A DNA stretch of 64,000 bases, from positions 81,096,001 to 81,160,000 of the forward strand of contig OX597822.1 of assembly GCA_951406725.2 (NCBI GenBank), read 5' to 3'. This DNA is from Octopus vulgaris (lineage: Eukaryota). A program made the translations under genes and the position numbers. This document shows positions 42,300-56,485 of the stretch, one piece after another. The notes below the pieces were generated by a model, which did no database searches, had not been told where the DNA came from, and was given only the letters and a program-made list of their open reading frames with translations. The first letter of the stretch is position 1, and each line of letters starts with the position of its first letter.

Positions 42300-42566
42300 T
42301 GTGTGTGTGTGAATACATATATGTAGGTGTATAAGCGAGTGTAGAATTGAACGTCTGGAAGTGTCAGGATGGAAAGTACGATACTTTGTAGTTAAATGAC
42401 TAATCGAAGTAATTTAATTGAACTGCCATTCAGAAGCAGATGGTTAGATTTGTCACTAATGGTGGTCTGATTGTATGGAAAGAGAAGCTGTGTGTCAATG
42501 CCTATGTACATACACAATCAGTGTGTGAATATGTATTATGCATTTATATATATATATACATATATA

Positions 42567-42692
<126 letters not shown>

Positions 42693-42774
42693 TATTCATT
42701 TAGAGTTAATAGGCCCCTTCATCCAGCCATATAAAAGAATTTTAATTTAATTTAATACTTAATACTTATATCTC

Positions 42775-42869
42775 GGCTATACGTGTTTCTTGAGGTTCAT
42801 TTTCCGGTTCCTTAACCACGCCGTGTTTTGCTGGAACCTTTCTTAAAATATAACCCCAATCATCAGGCC
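42775..42869 (-). ncRNA. Type I hammerhead ribozyme in PLE 3' repeat (one stem III mismatch)
   Basis: Minus strand: GGC-CUGAUGA-UUGGGGUU...AACCUCAA-GAAAC-ACGU-AUA-GCC. Stem II is 8 bp, stem I only 3 bp, stem III near-palindromic. Confidence 0.7.
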
Positions 42870-43529
42870 TCTACATCATTTATCATAGTTTGATACTAAA
42901 AACTATATTTTAATCTTAAACATATAAGTATGTGCATGTGTAAATAGGCTCGCCGGATCTTGCTGTACAAGCCATAATTTAATTCAAATAAAAATTACAA
43001 ATAAAAATAAAAATTTAAATAAAAATTTACAAAAACTACGTTCTCACGTAACTTATGTCTATAAATATTAAATTAATAATATATAGGGATAGAAAAATAA
43101 AATAAAATATATACTTGTGTGACAAAATACAAAAAGAAAATTTACAAATGATACGAATGATAAAAATTAAAAATTTACAAAGTAAAAATAACTTAAGGGT
43201 AACATAAAAGAATATGTACAAATCACCGTTCACTCCATTGTCCTACTACGTCTTAATTTCGGCTTGACATCGCAAGGTCCGGCAAACGACTACACTCCCT
43301 CCCTTTCCTGCTTTTTTTTAAAATATTACTTAATTATAATATTAACTTTATAGAAACCATGGTCCAGGAAATAGAAAAATGCATCATGGGAACCTTACTT
43401 TTTTTATTTCGTATTATTCCTACTCTTTGTTCACTCACACCGCACTGCTATACCTCCTCACATCTAATGGTGAGTACGTTTGTATTAAATAATAATAGTA
43501 GTAACAATACTTACGCTTTAAATTTAGAG

Positions 43530-43940
43530 TTACGCGTTATTAGTTAGGCATTTCAGTCTATGTTTACATTTTATTTTTATTTTCTCCTGAGCATTTAGAA
43601 GCCCCATTTTGGCCCATAATATCTCCATGAATTCATGGGTACATAATAGACATGACCTATTTCCAATTCTATACGATTTCATTTTACATATTATATCCCA
43701 CTTTAATTCATAATTGATTTTTTTTCTATGTTGTGCTATTCGTTGTTTAATTTTATTCGATGTCTACCCAATATACGTCCTATCTGGATAATTTTCAATA
43801 TCTGTATTATTTATTCCACTATTTTCATTTCCATCTACTTTTACAGAAACCACACATATATATATTACATCACTTACATTACATCTTCCATTAAGTTTAC
43901 CCCTACAATTACAACTATTACGTTCTCCAGCTCTTCTATT
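43530..43940 (-). pseudogene. GIY-YIG endonuclease domain of Penelope-like element
   Basis: Manual translation: SCNCRGKLNGRCNVSDVIYIC...RTYIG*TSNKIKQRIAQHR...LKWDII...SCLLCTHEFMEI...LLN...KCKHR. One in-frame TAG. Confidence 0.85.
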
Positions 43941-44559
43941 CAGATGCTTATTTAATTTACCATAGTAATATTTATTCAGCCTATACTTATTTATTGATGA
44001 AATAATGTTCCCTACATTGTTAGTAGTATATTATTTTTAGAGAATATTTCCATATATTTTTTTATTTTCCACAATAAATGATTCTATTGTATTAGTGATA
44101 TCTTTAATAATATTACTTTTAACTTGAGTACCATAAGGGACTATCAACCATATCATTTTATTATTATTTTTATTTATGTTTATATTATTAATCCCCTTAT
44201 CTTTATTTACACAAGTCTTGCTATTATCTTCTATATTATTTAAAGTATTGTCTCCATTATGATTTTCATTTAATTTTAAATCCTCCCCCATTAAACCCAA
44301 CCAATCCTTATACTTTATACCATTTATATTTTTCCTGTTTTTTATGTTTTTTATCATCTTGAATTCCATAAAATTATGGTGTGTTATCCTATTATGACTA
44401 TTATACATATTATTTTTCTTTTTCTTTTTATTATTATATACATTTCTATTCTCGTCTACATTTACATTAATGTTACTCCGTATATTAACACTATTTAGGT
44501 TACTTACGTTTTTGTATTTTATATAATTATTCCTATTAATATTCTTATTATAGAATTTA

Positions 44560-45620
44560 ATTTCTTCCTTATATCCAGCCTTCCTTAATACTTCATTGTA
44601 GTAGTCAGCGAAGAGAGCATTGATATCCTTTTCCTGATGTTATCTATTAGCGTTTTATTTTACCGCCGGTGAGTGATAACTATCTGCATTTATGTATTTT
44701 AGGTTTTCATTAAGTTTATGGAAAGGCTGTATTAACCCTGTAACAATATTCAAATTTGCATCTAAAAAATTTACATTTTAATGTTCATTATATATAGTAG
44801 TTTCTAACCCGTATTTTTTTTTTAAACTGTATAATTCCTTTTTATAATTTTCAAGTGTTCTGTTTGTACAATTTTTTGTTATTAAAAGTAAGTTCTTCCT
44901 ATATAAGCCCCGCTTCTATATTTATATTTTCTAATTTTAATTCAGAAAGCAGGTATATCCCAAATAGTTCGGTTACCTCTGCTGAATCTGGCGCTCCCAT
45001 AGGTACATCAAAATACTCCCTTGTGTCCTTTCTAGCCCATAATTTATTTTTGTATTTAATGTGTGTTTTTCTTGCCATTTGGACTGCCTTAATTTCCTCC
45101 ATCGTCATTTCTGTTCTATTTTTAGCATATATCAAGGCCTTATTAAACACTATTGCATTTATGGAAGCATAATAACTATCAATATCTATTTGTATGAACT
45201 TATATTCCTTATTGTTTTTTATATTTTTAAACCATTGTAAAGTTTCCATTGTACTGCCCCATAACTTTAGGTAACCTAAATTATTTAATTTGTTTATATA
45301 ATTATCTAATATCAATTTACTTAATTTCCCTAGGTCCGACTTACATGGGCACATTAGTCGGACTTTAGGGTCTGCATAGAAATTATCTTTATGGTCTTTT
45401 AGCGTTATCCTTAGGTGCAATGGCACGTAGGGTTCTGTTTTTTTATCTAGTTCATAATTCATCATAATTTCTTTATAACACTTATTTATTTTCTCTAAAG
45501 TATTATTTTGGACTATTTTATATTTTTATTGATTTCTTTTTCTAGTAAACTATCATATGTTTCTATATCTAATTCATATAAGTTCCTGGTTTTGTAAGAT
45601 TGTACAAAGATTCCTTCTGT
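44560..45620 (-). pseudogene. Penelope-like reverse transcriptase (frameshifted)
   Basis: LRITLKDHKDNF..PKVRL..PCKSDLGKLSK...FIQIDIDSYYASI...FDVPMGAPDSAEVTELFGIYLL. Frame breaks at the catalytic YxDD region. Confidence 0.9.
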
Positions 45621-46057
45621 ATTTCTCAGTTCTTTTATCTTGATAGCTAAGTTTTTAAGATAATTATTATATCAGACATTGTAACACAGAGTGTATAACG
45701 ACTTAATATATAATCACTCAGTGAACCATAAGCTCAGACACAAATATCTTTATGGAGATACTGCAACATGGCCGCTATCCAGTGACTGGAACAATTGAAA
45801 GAAATTGAATAAATAATAAATTGCTGTCAACGTACACATGTCTGTTAAGATTAATTCACTGATAACAGCGAATTCTAAAATTTAACAAATTCTATCAAGT
45901 TTAGCTTCTTTGAAATGCACAAAGAAACAAAATTATGACATAAAACGAATTCTTTATTCATGAGTTTATTATTTGAATTCTTTACCAGTTTACCTGACTT
46001 GGAAACATTTTTTCGTATGAGTATACACAGGTGCGTAAATGCGTGTCTACATATATT

Positions 46058-46343
46058 ACGTGATCACATGATCGACCAGACTATCAGATGTCACAGTGTA
46101 CTTTGCAGTGTTTTGGCTTTCAAATGATGCTACCCCACTGGCTAGGCAAGCAAGCCAGCATCCCCCCTGATTGGAGGGCTAAACCATCAAAGCAGGGTTA
46201 CCCGTTTATGGTGGAATGGACTGGAGCAACGCAAAGGGAAGTGTTTTGTTCAAGTACATAACGCTCTTCTCTGGTCTGGAAATCGAACCCACGATTTCCA
46301 GATTATGAGTGCAAGACCTTAACCACTGGGCCTTGTGTCTTCG
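46058..46343 (-). mobile_element. SINE with family-D-type tail and a different head
   Basis: GTGATCACATGATCGACCAGACTATCAGATG tail, with a tRNA-like head at ~46270-46343. A related decayed copy lies at ~46640-46880. Confidence 0.6.
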
Positions 46344-48056
46344 TCTATATATATATATATATACAAGGTAATTCGCTTTAATTACATCAAATTTTCATTA
46401 TGAATTATGTCCGTTTTCCTTTGGGGCGCAGATATACTGGAGATTTTGCGGTACCCTTCGTGGTGCTGATATATAGAAGCGGTACTTTGAATTGACCGTG
46501 GGAGCAGTATGGAGCTCCAGCTGCATCTAGCCTTCTCTAATATTTGCTCCGGGCGACAGTAGCCTATTGTTTACCGAAGGTGATTAGAATCCACTAAGAT
46601 ACGGCATCGACCAAACCATTGGATGTCGTTATGCAACGCTGACCCCAATGTGCTTTGCCTCGTTTTAAGCTTACAAATGACGCCATTTCATTGGCTAAGC
46701 CAACAGGTCATCATTACCCTTGATCAGAAGGCTCATCTTCTGTTGCGGGTTGCGCATTTACAACAGAGTGAACTAAAACAAAGTGAAATTAAATGAATAC
46801 AACGCAGCACTGTGATCGGGAATCCACTACGTAGTTGCTCTGAGTGCAATATCCCAACCACCAGGCAACGTGACGTCACACGTTTATAGTAATTGAAAGT
46901 ATTAAGCGAAGTTTAAAATGGATGAAAGGGTGACAGGTTTCTGGATAAAGTTTTAAAGGTTCGCACAAGAAGATCAGTATTTGGTCATGCTTGTCAAAGG
47001 CTGTTGGAGACGCTAGCCATCAAAAGCCTGCTTTTGTTGGGTTTTGGCTCTTTAAAACCAGATAGAACTATCAGCCTGAGAAGGCAATACATTTAAGAGA
47101 GGGAAAATACTGACTTAAAACCAACGCTTCTTTCAAACAATGTACCCTCATAGGGAAGGCCTGCTTTGTAAACCCTGAGAAGAAGCCCAGAGTTGAAATC
47201 TCTGAAATAGTTGAACGACGTTTGCAAATTTGTTTTGACAACTCCTGAGAAAATACGTCCCAAGCTGTCCCGGTCGTTGTCTTTCTCTTGGACAATATCA
47301 GTGACATGGGGAGGAGTGACCAGTTGCTTTGAATTTGCTTCAGAAAGAGGTCGTTGTTTGTGATGATTGTTTGGGGTGGGGCGCCAGGAATGAGGCCTCA
47401 ATTTCAGTGGGGTGGCAACCCGAAAAAGTTTGGGAAACATTACTATAGAGCATGTTGTTAACGTTTCTGTGAGAAACTCTCTATAAAGATGGTGGAACTC
47501 TACGAGAAGCGGGTCCAGGTGTTCAATTCATAAGCAAACTGTCCTTTGTTGCGTAGATCTGTCCTTTACGTTGTAAACGGCGAAACAGTTTCCTTATTTC
47601 ATGTGCTTTAAAACGAGAAAGTTCCTTCGGTTTAAGTTTCCGATTTAGTTGACCTACTTCAAGAAAATTATTCCAAGATGTTTGGAGAGAATATTGATCG
47701 AAATTTTGCTTCAGCAAAACATCCAAATATCTCGAAACAAACTCAAAACCAGACATAACAATTAAACTTTATTTACTGAAGTCCAGCGTGAATGGTGCAG
47801 ATTACAGACCGAATTATTGATAAATTATACTGACAGTATAATTAAATATACGTTTTAGTACAAGATAGCAAAAAATATTGATTATTAAAAGTTAGTTATT
47901 CTCTTTTTTTATCTGTATTCAATAGATTATTGCATTTCAACAAGAAATTAACATTTTTTAAAAGATAGCCACAATTATAATGTGTGTCTGCTTGTGTTTG
48001 TGTGAATGTGCGTATATATACGTGTATACACACAAACACACATACACACACACACA

Positions 48057-48089
<33 letters not shown>

Positions 48090-48284
48090 TCAGACAGATT
48101 CCAATGAGACTCGTGTTGTTCTACGTGGGCAAGAGTGGAGTTATGTTATAAAATCGATAAGAGTACAGTGAACTTGCCGTGAGGAATGGAAAATCTAATG
48201 GTTCAGACAGAGGTTTTCACCAGGGAAAAAGTTGAAAGGAGAAACAGCCGTGTTTTGCATCCTTTAATTCAAATAAATACTGGC

Positions 48285-48612
48285 CACATAATTCCGTGTT
48301 CAGTCCCTCTGCGTGTGAACTTCCGCTATAGTCTCGGGTCGACCAATGCCTTGTGATGGAACCTGAAAGGCTGGCCTTATGTGTGTGTGTGTGTGTGTGA
48401 GTGTGTGTGTGTGTGTGTGTGCATGTGTGTGTTCATCCCTCACCACCGCTTAACAGCCGGTATTGGTGTGGTTATGTCCTTGTAACTTAGCGGTTCTGTA
48501 AAAGTGAGCGATAGAGTAAGTACCAAGCTCTAAAATAAAATATTATTATTGGGGTCGATTTCTTAGACTAAAATCTTTCAAGGCGGTGACCCAGCATGGC
48601 CGCAGTCTGATG
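48285..48612 (+). mobile_element. SINE family B copy
   Basis: CTCGGGTCGACCAATGCCTTGTG...(TG)n...TAACTTAGCGGTTC...CAGCATGGCCGCAGTC. Confidence 0.75.
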
Positions 48613-48756
48613 AGTGGAATAGCAGCGGCGACAGCAGCAGCAACAACATCAACAGAAACGGCAACAACATCAGCAGCTGCAACAACAAGAACAGCAACGC
48701 CGACAACGGCTGTAGCCACAATATCAACAGCAACGGTAGCAGCAGCAACAACAAGT

Positions 48757-49135
48757 GGAGGCGCAATGACCCAGTGGTTAGGGCAGCGGACTCGCGGTCG
48801 GAGGATCGCAGTTTCGATTCCTAGACCTGGCGTTGTGTGTGTTTATTGAGCGAAAACACCTAAAACTCCAAGAGGCTCCGGCAGGGGGTGGTGGCGACCC
48901 CTGCTGTACTCTTTCGCCAAAACTTTCTCCCACTCTTTCTTTCTGCTTCTTGTCCCCGACTTCCTACGCAACCGCTGAGCCTGGATGCGCATTCATCCAT
49001 CAGTCGATGCTCTCGGTATCGGGAGTTTACTTGCTTTCTCTTTTGCGGGTCTTACGAATAGCAAAGGACCACGTTTCGGACTTCTCCCATCTTGCGAGCT
49101 CTGGGACGAAGACCGTTCGTTCAACAGCAACCGCT
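48757..49135 (+). mobile_element. SINE with family D head and a distinct tail, within (CAA/CAG)n
   Basis: Head nearly identical to the reverse complement of ~4200-4380. The sequence diverges after ~48945. Confidence 0.75.
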
Positions 49136-49947
49136 CAACAGCAACAGCAGCAGCAACAACAACAACGATAAAAATGATGGCAAATTAAATTATGGGAACG
49201 ACTCCAAGGACAAGCAATATTTTTTTAAGATGGCTGCGTTCTCCCTAAACGACAAAGCAGCAAGTTGTGAATGGGAAGAGAGCACAAGTTGCCATCCCGG
49301 CTGTAGTTTTAGCATAAAGTGTCCGGAAGACGATGTGCCAGTGTGTGTTGACTAAAACTCAATGCCTATATGCGGCCAGGCGGAAATATGAGCAGGTATA
49401 TATCAAGTGATCAGTGCAAGGAATTTCGGGAACTTTGATGGGGCACCTCGAGAGGGAAGTCTTCGCACTGAAGCACTCCATAAATCCCATACGAGACAAC
49501 AAACTCACCCGCGAACCAGCATTTTAAAGGAGAAGGGCTTGTCGCATTATGATGGAGTTTGAACATCTGGTGTGTCTTGTCTGTGTTGTTCTGGAAGATA
49601 GTGAGACCCTCTCCGACGTAAAAGCTACAGAAAGGAAGATTTTATTTGCGGCCACATTGGGGATACTCTTCTATATTAAACCAGAAATTTGGGAAATGAT
49701 ACAAAAACGTATCCTCCTGCCAAGTAGTATGGAACTGCGTGTTGCGGTCGAGGGTAGGAAATCATAATGATAATTCTGTGTCACCGAAAGCCACTCGGAA
49801 GATTTCTGTTTTCGATATAAAAAGAATAACAACCACTGTTGACACCACAGTTCCAACAACACAACACCAGTGTACAGCAGTGAGTTCAGCACCAACCACA
49901 ACAATAATAGGAAGATCATCATCATCATCATCATTATTATCATTGTT

Positions 49948-50560
49948 GGCGGAGAGCTGGCAGAAACGTTAGCACGCTGGGCAAGATGCTTAGCGGTATT
50001 TCGTCTGCCGTTACGTTCTGATTTCAAATTCCGCCAAGGTCAACTTTGCCTTTCATCCTTTCGGAGTCGATAAATTAAGTACCAGTTACGCACTGAGGTC
50101 GATATAATCGACTTAATTCGTTTGTCTGTCCTTATTTGTCCCCTTTGTGTGTAGCCTCTTGTGGGCAGTAAAGAAATAGGTATTTCGTCTGTCTTTATGT
50201 TCTGAGTTCAAATTCTGCCGAGGTTGACTTTGCCTTTCTTGCTTTCGCACTGTGGTCGATATAATCGATTAGTCCCCACCCAACAAATTTGAGGCCTTGT
50301 GCCTCCTGTAGAAAGGATTATGGTTATTATCATCTTCATCGTCATCATCATTATTAAAGTGGCGAGCTGTCTAACTAGTTAGCCAGTCAACAAAATGCTT
50401 TGCAGTATAGCTTCCGGCTCTTTACGTTCAGAGTTTAAATTCTGCCAAGGCCTTATCTTTCATCCTTTCGGGGTAGATAAAATAAGTAAGAGTGAAACGG
50501 TGGTGGCTATGTAATCAACTTACTCCTTCGCCTCAGAACTGCTAGCCTTGTGCCAAAACG
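49948..50560 (+). mobile_element. Two adjacent SINE family A copies
   Basis: 49948-50320 (internally duplicated form) and 50358-50560 (older copy). Confidence 0.8.
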
Positions 50561-51036
50561 AGCGAAAATTATTATTGCGATTATTATTTTCAACATTAAT
50601 ATTTTTATCATCATCATCATTATTAAATCTCTTCGTATTTTAAGATTGAAAGATACAAATACGAAGATGGCAAAAGTGTGACTGAGATCGGGAAAAATCG
50701 AAAGTGGCTGAGATGAAGCCAAGAGTGAGTGAGTGAGTGAGTGAGTGAGTGAGTGAGTGAGAGAGGGAGGGAGAGAGAGAGAGAGAAATCGAGAGAGTGA
50801 GTGACAGTGAGAGAGAGAGAGAGAGTGAGAATATGGTTGTGATGGTTTGCAGAGATTTTAAGAATGGCAAATTTCCAGAGTAACAACAGTTTCGTTGAAT
50901 AGTTTCCAGATAAAGATCAGGAAGATGTTTAATACAAAGAAACAAAATCTATTTATATAAATACACACACACATACATATATATATATATTTCTATCACA
51001 TATTTTATGCGCATTTCAGAATGAATTTGTGTGTGA

Positions 51037-51118
<82 letters not shown>

Positions 51119-51849
51119 ACAGATATATATATACACACATAGACGCACGTATCCATGCATCCATCACACATTCTCACATATATACTTACCTGCATACGTA
51201 TATATATGTATGCATATATATACAGCGAGAAAGAGAAAGTGAAAAAAGAGGAGAGAAGGAGGGGAGAGACAGCGGAATGGAGAGAGAGAGAGTGAAGCGC
51301 ATATACACACGTATACAGTTATGTTCACACATTCCATGTGAATATATAAAAGAACATGATTCCTTCCGCGAACCGAACTTAAAAATCACTTTTATTCACC
51401 ATTGATTAAAATATAAACCATCTGCCTCACAAACCTATCTTCTCTCGCCTATTTAATCATTAGTACTGTAAGTCTTCATCGACTAACATACATTCGCATA
51501 TTTCTTCCCAGTTTTCTAGCTTCCCCCTTCATAACTTTCGTAGCCATCTTTATTTTCATTCCTACCAGCCTATAATTTATAAATGTAATATTTTTTGACA
51601 TCTACAATGAAATTTAAAGACGAAATGAAATGTTACGTCTGAAGCTGTTTAAACGTTCATTCCCTTCTTTTGTTTGCGTTCCCTTACAGCATCACCATTC
51701 CCAACTCCGCCTCTTTACCCACCTTATCCTGACTGCCCAGCAAAGAGTTTACCTAAAACACAGATACGTAAGCACCCCATCTCCGTAAAAGAAGCCCTTC
51801 AAATATAATACTCCTACACACCAGCATCATTACCCGCCCTTAACCAGTA

Positions 51850-52720
51850 TACACATTTTCGGAACACACTTATGGATTTGCCGGTTGTCCGAACTAAACA
51901 TCATAAAATGAAAAGAAATCACAATATTTCATGCAAAATTTAAAGTATTTATCAAATCAAAACATATCAACTGGATTATGGCTGCCAGATAACAGCTTAC
52001 CCAAAGTTGCTGCGGTAAACTTCCACTAAGGCAATCCTGGGACCTGGTGCATGCATTTCTCACTGTATACATTCGAACCGGCCTTGATCTTGGCCACTAC
52101 ATTGTCCTTTGTGTTGCAGGTAGAGTGGTGGTTTGTATCTTTCATAATCACTCCCCACACATAGTAAACCATTGGACAATATTCGGGGGAATTGTAAGAC
52201 CAGAAATTGAGGATGGTGAAGTTGTAGAAATTCGCCGACAACCATTTTTTGTCTGTTTCCCGAGCTATGGCCTGAGGCTGAATCCTACTTCCCGAAATAA
52301 GGCCTCCCAGCACCAATACTTTCCAACCAGGGTTTGACCACAACCATCAGCTTCATATAACAATATAAACTGAGTCTAAGGCTTTGTTTAAGGATAGGTT
52401 CATTAATTCTGGCGTGTGAATGCCGTCAAAACGTTTGTTAAGTCCTTTTCTAATGACCACAGGCTTCGTTGCAATTGTCCATATTATGTCTTACACCCTT
52501 TACAGTGGTCAGAGAGCATTGAGCAGCAGTTATGATGTCGGCATTTTGACACCCAGCAAAAATCATTGAGATACAGGTAACTCATTTCCAATATTGAAAT
52601 GGCTTCCATTCCTCCGCGTCAGATAACTTTTGTCAACTAAAACTTTAATCATTATGCTCTCCAACACCGTTGTCTGTTCACGAATACATCAGGGTGGTCC
52701 TCTAAAAAGTCGACATAAAA
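51850..52720 (-). mobile_element. Tc1/mariner transposase remnant
   Basis: ORF 52026-52343 contains KKWLSANF...FWSYNSPEYCPMVYYVWG, a decayed WP..SPDLNP.DY..WG motif. Confidence 0.7.
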
Positions 52721-52740
52721 AATAATCAAATTGAACCCGA

Positions 52741-52902
52741 ACACAGGAGTGGCTGTATGGTAAGTAGCTTGCTTCCCAACCACATGGTTCCGGGTTCAGT
52801 CCCACTGCGCTGTATCTTGGGCAAGTGTCTTCTACTACAACCTCGGGCCGACCAAAGCCTTGTGAGTGGATTTGGTAGACGGAAACTGAAACAAGCCCGT
52901 CG

Positions 52903-52975
<73 letters not shown>

Positions 52976-53180
52976 CTGTGTGTGTGTCTATGATTGCCCC
53001 CACCCCGCCATCGCTTTAGAACCGATGCTGGTGTGTTTACGTTAACATCACTTAGCGGTTCGGCAAAAGAAACCGATACAATAAGTACTAGGCTTACAAA
53101 ATATAAGTCCTTGGGTCGATGTGTTCGACAAAAGCGGAGCTACATTATGGCCGCAGTCAAATAACTGAAACAAGTAAAGG
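52741..53180 (+). mobile_element. SINE family B, full length
   Basis: CAGGAGTGGCTGTATGGTAAGTAGCTTGC...GGATTTGGTAGACGGAAACTG...(TA)n...TGGCCGCAGTCAAATAACTGAAACAAG. Confidence 0.85.
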
Positions 53181-53452
53181 AAAATGTAAAATAAACGTCT
53201 TGTTAATCTCACAGAACTGTGGAGCCAAGGGACGGAACTCTTGATGGATTCCTTGCTCAGTTCCTTTCGTCTTTTTACAACGAACCCAGAAATCGGTCAT
53301 AGTTTTTCACTTCAAGTAACGGACTGCAGACGCCATATTTTTCTAACACATATTATTCGTAACCGTCCTTTTATCTAATATTCGCTTTACTGCGAAACTG
53401 AATTTATAATACTGTACATCTTGTGTGTGTGTACATGTGTGTGTGTCTCTCA

Positions 53453-53488
<36 letters not shown>

Positions 53489-53489
<1 letters not shown>

Positions 53490-53872
53490 TAGCAGTATCG
53501 CCCGGCGTTGCTCAGGTTTGTAAGGGAAATAACTATAAAGCATTTTTAGAGAGTTATAGCCAAAAAATAGCAAAAAAATGGGAAAAAATGATGGTAAATT
53601 TTTTTGGAGAGTTAAAAAAGGTGGAATTGCGTCCCTTAGACAGTTTGTGGTTTGTGTTTCTGATTCTCGACCCCATGTCGAATTTATCGATTTTTTTCAG
53701 AACTTGGGGAACTTTTAAAAATTTTCTCTGCGTTAGTTTTGAATTATGACATTGGGCTATGTGTGTGTCAAGTTTCATCAGAATCGGTTGAAAGCCGTGG
53801 TCAGGGTGAGGGTACAAGCAAACAGACACACAGAAACACGCACAGACAAACTGCCGTTTATATAGAGAGAGA
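53489..53872 (-). mobile_element. Non-autonomous Helitron
   Basis: Minus strand starts TC (53872), ends CTAG (53489-53492) after a GC-rich subterminal hairpin (53501-53516), and sits between A and T within (TA)n. Confidence 0.7.
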
Positions 53873-54118
53873 TATATATATACATACAAATAGATATATT
53901 GATAGATATACGCGCGCGCTCATACACACACACATACATGGATATATATTTATTTATATATATATGGTGTTATTTGCCTTCTGTTGCATATTTAAAACGA
54001 CAAAGGTAGGAAATAATGCTGAAAAGGTGAAACAAAGATGCAAAAGTGATAGACAGATAGATAGATAAATAGACAGACAGACAGACAAATAGACAGACAG
54101 ACATACAGATAGACAGAC

Positions 54119-54224
<106 letters not shown>

Positions 54225-54281
54225 TGACAGACAGGCAGACAGACAGGCAGATAGACAGGCAGATAGATTGATTGATAGATA

Positions 54282-55303
54282 AGTTTTTTTATTGGCCACA
54301 CAGGGCTGCACACAGATGGGACAAGTTACAAGGTAGAGCTTTTCTTTTGGGGGATGAAGAAAAAAAAAAGATGGCGTAGGTACGATCAAAAGGGATCGCA
54401 AAAGGGAAGAAAAAAAGGAAAAGGGAAAAGAAAAAAAGAAAAAAGGGAAAATGAACAAAAGAAAAGAAAAATGAAAAAAGAAGAAAAAAGACGAAAAAAA
54501 GGGGAAGAGGGAAAAAAACGATCAATAGGGATCGTGTATCACAGTGTCATGATGTATGGTGTAAAGGGGAAAGCAAGTAAGGTTTATCCGTGGGAAGAAA
54601 AGCCTACGAAAAAGACCACGGTAACCTTGGTCAATACTGTTATATGTTACCACATTTGTTTGCAAGTGGGTAACCCTCTGTTTTCAATTTCTGGGTTCAT
54701 AGGATTATGCTCAAGGTGGCCTCGTCATTCATACGTGCCATCCTTGCTACATTCACCCATCTTTTTTAAAACGTTCGCTAGACAAAACTTGCCTCTCTAC
54801 TCTCACTTTCCTTTTCAAGTGGTACTTGAAGAAGTTGATGAGACGTTGACCAGAGAGGAAAGTGTTTGTCTCCAATCCTTTCAGACGCGTCCACCAGATA
54901 CATTCTTTCACCATAGCCACAAGGATGATGAAAATAGCTCTTCCTTCCCGTTTGAAGGAAGGAGGCGTGACAATATTGACGATAGACTCAGCTGATAAAC
55001 CGACTCGTCCCACACGTGACAGCAATTGTTCGACATAAGCCCACAGGTCGGAAATTGTTGGACACTGCACGAGTGCGTGCAGAACGGTTTCGTCGCTTTG
55101 ACCGCATCTCGGGCAGGTCGGCCCCGTGTTTCTCGAGCCGTGTCTGTAGAGCTTATACCGAACGGGTAGCGCTTCTCGGTAGCACTGCCAGGCCAGGGAT
55201 CTCTGGAAGTTGTCCATGGGCCCTGGCCCGAAAGTCGTCCTGAACAGGCGGGTCAGGTATTCCTCGTCGACGTCCAGGTTCGCCGCGAGCTCGTCGTCGT
55301 ACC
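54282..55303 (-). mobile_element. 5'-truncated Tx1/L1-like LINE with zinc-binding C-terminal domain and 3' UTR
   Basis: [15 protein letters not shown]...CPRCGQSDETVLHALVQCP. AATAAAAAAA at the 3' end. TSD TTGATTGATAGATA at 54268-54281 and 55304-55317. Confidence 0.9.
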
Positions 55304-55670
<367 letters not shown>

Positions 55671-56244
55671 GACAAGAAGAATGGAAGAGTGCACTGAGTT
55701 CAGGAAAAGAATGGTATTAAGCAGTTGTGATGGAATATGAATTTATTTAGCATATGTCTGTCCTGTTAAATCAAATAGCTGAGTAAATGATTGTACTTAT
55801 GTTTGATTTTGTATTTTCCTTTTTTTTCGTTCTAAGTTTTCGTTATGAAGTCTTTAATTGCTGGCTTAGTGGTAAGACCACAACGCGTCCCATTCCTTGT
55901 AATGATTTTGTGGTGTGTGTTCCTCATTGGCTCTGAGAGCTATGCTAGCGGCACGCAAGCTCCCGGTAGCGACCCGTTTTGCATTGGTGTTGCTGTTTTT
56001 CTCCCACCATTTAACAATTGATTCTTGTTTATATATGTCTCCGTAACCTAGCAGTTTAATAAAAGGTATCGATGGAAAGCGAGCCAACGAACCACCGATT
56101 AATTTTGCATCGCTGACTGTATGTCCAGCTTTTAGATATTCCAAGCCTGCACCGCCTCGTTACAAGTTCGACTGAATTATTTCAAAGTTTAGTGGTATAT
56201 CGTTTTGATAGTTTAACTGAAAGTAGACCAAAATATAAACAATT

Positions 56245-56485
56245 CTTTCTAATTTTAGCACGAGGCCAGCAATGTTGAAGGAGGGTGAAAATCGATTACG
56301 TCGACTCTAGTATTCAATTGGTACTTATTTTATGAACTTATTTAGACTCTGATCGGCTACATCAACCTCGGCGAAATTTGAACTCATAATGCAAAGAGCC
56401 GGAAGAGATGCCACCAAGCATTTTGTCCCGTTATTTATGTTATGGCTTCAAATTCCACTCTATCATTTCTGCCAGCTCGCCGCTT
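56245..56485 (-). mobile_element. SINE family A copy (degenerate)
   Basis: TGGTACTTATTTTAT...CGGCGAAATTTGAACTC...TTCTGCCAGCTCGCCGC. Confidence 0.7.

Larger units (their letters stand above)
42700..45680 (-). mobile_element. Penelope-like retroelement (decayed, 5'-truncated): RT + GIY-YIG endonuclease + hammerhead-bearing 3' repeat
   Basis: RT motifs in ORF 44899-45465, endonuclease at 43530-43940, hammerhead at 42775-42869. The 3' end abuts a long (TA)n. Confidence 0.9.

Noticed and set aside
46900-47760. Possible decayed L1/Tx1 ORF2 with a hAT-like end (AAAAAGTTTGGGAAAC at ~47425)
   Set aside because: No diagnostic motif and no partner TIR found.
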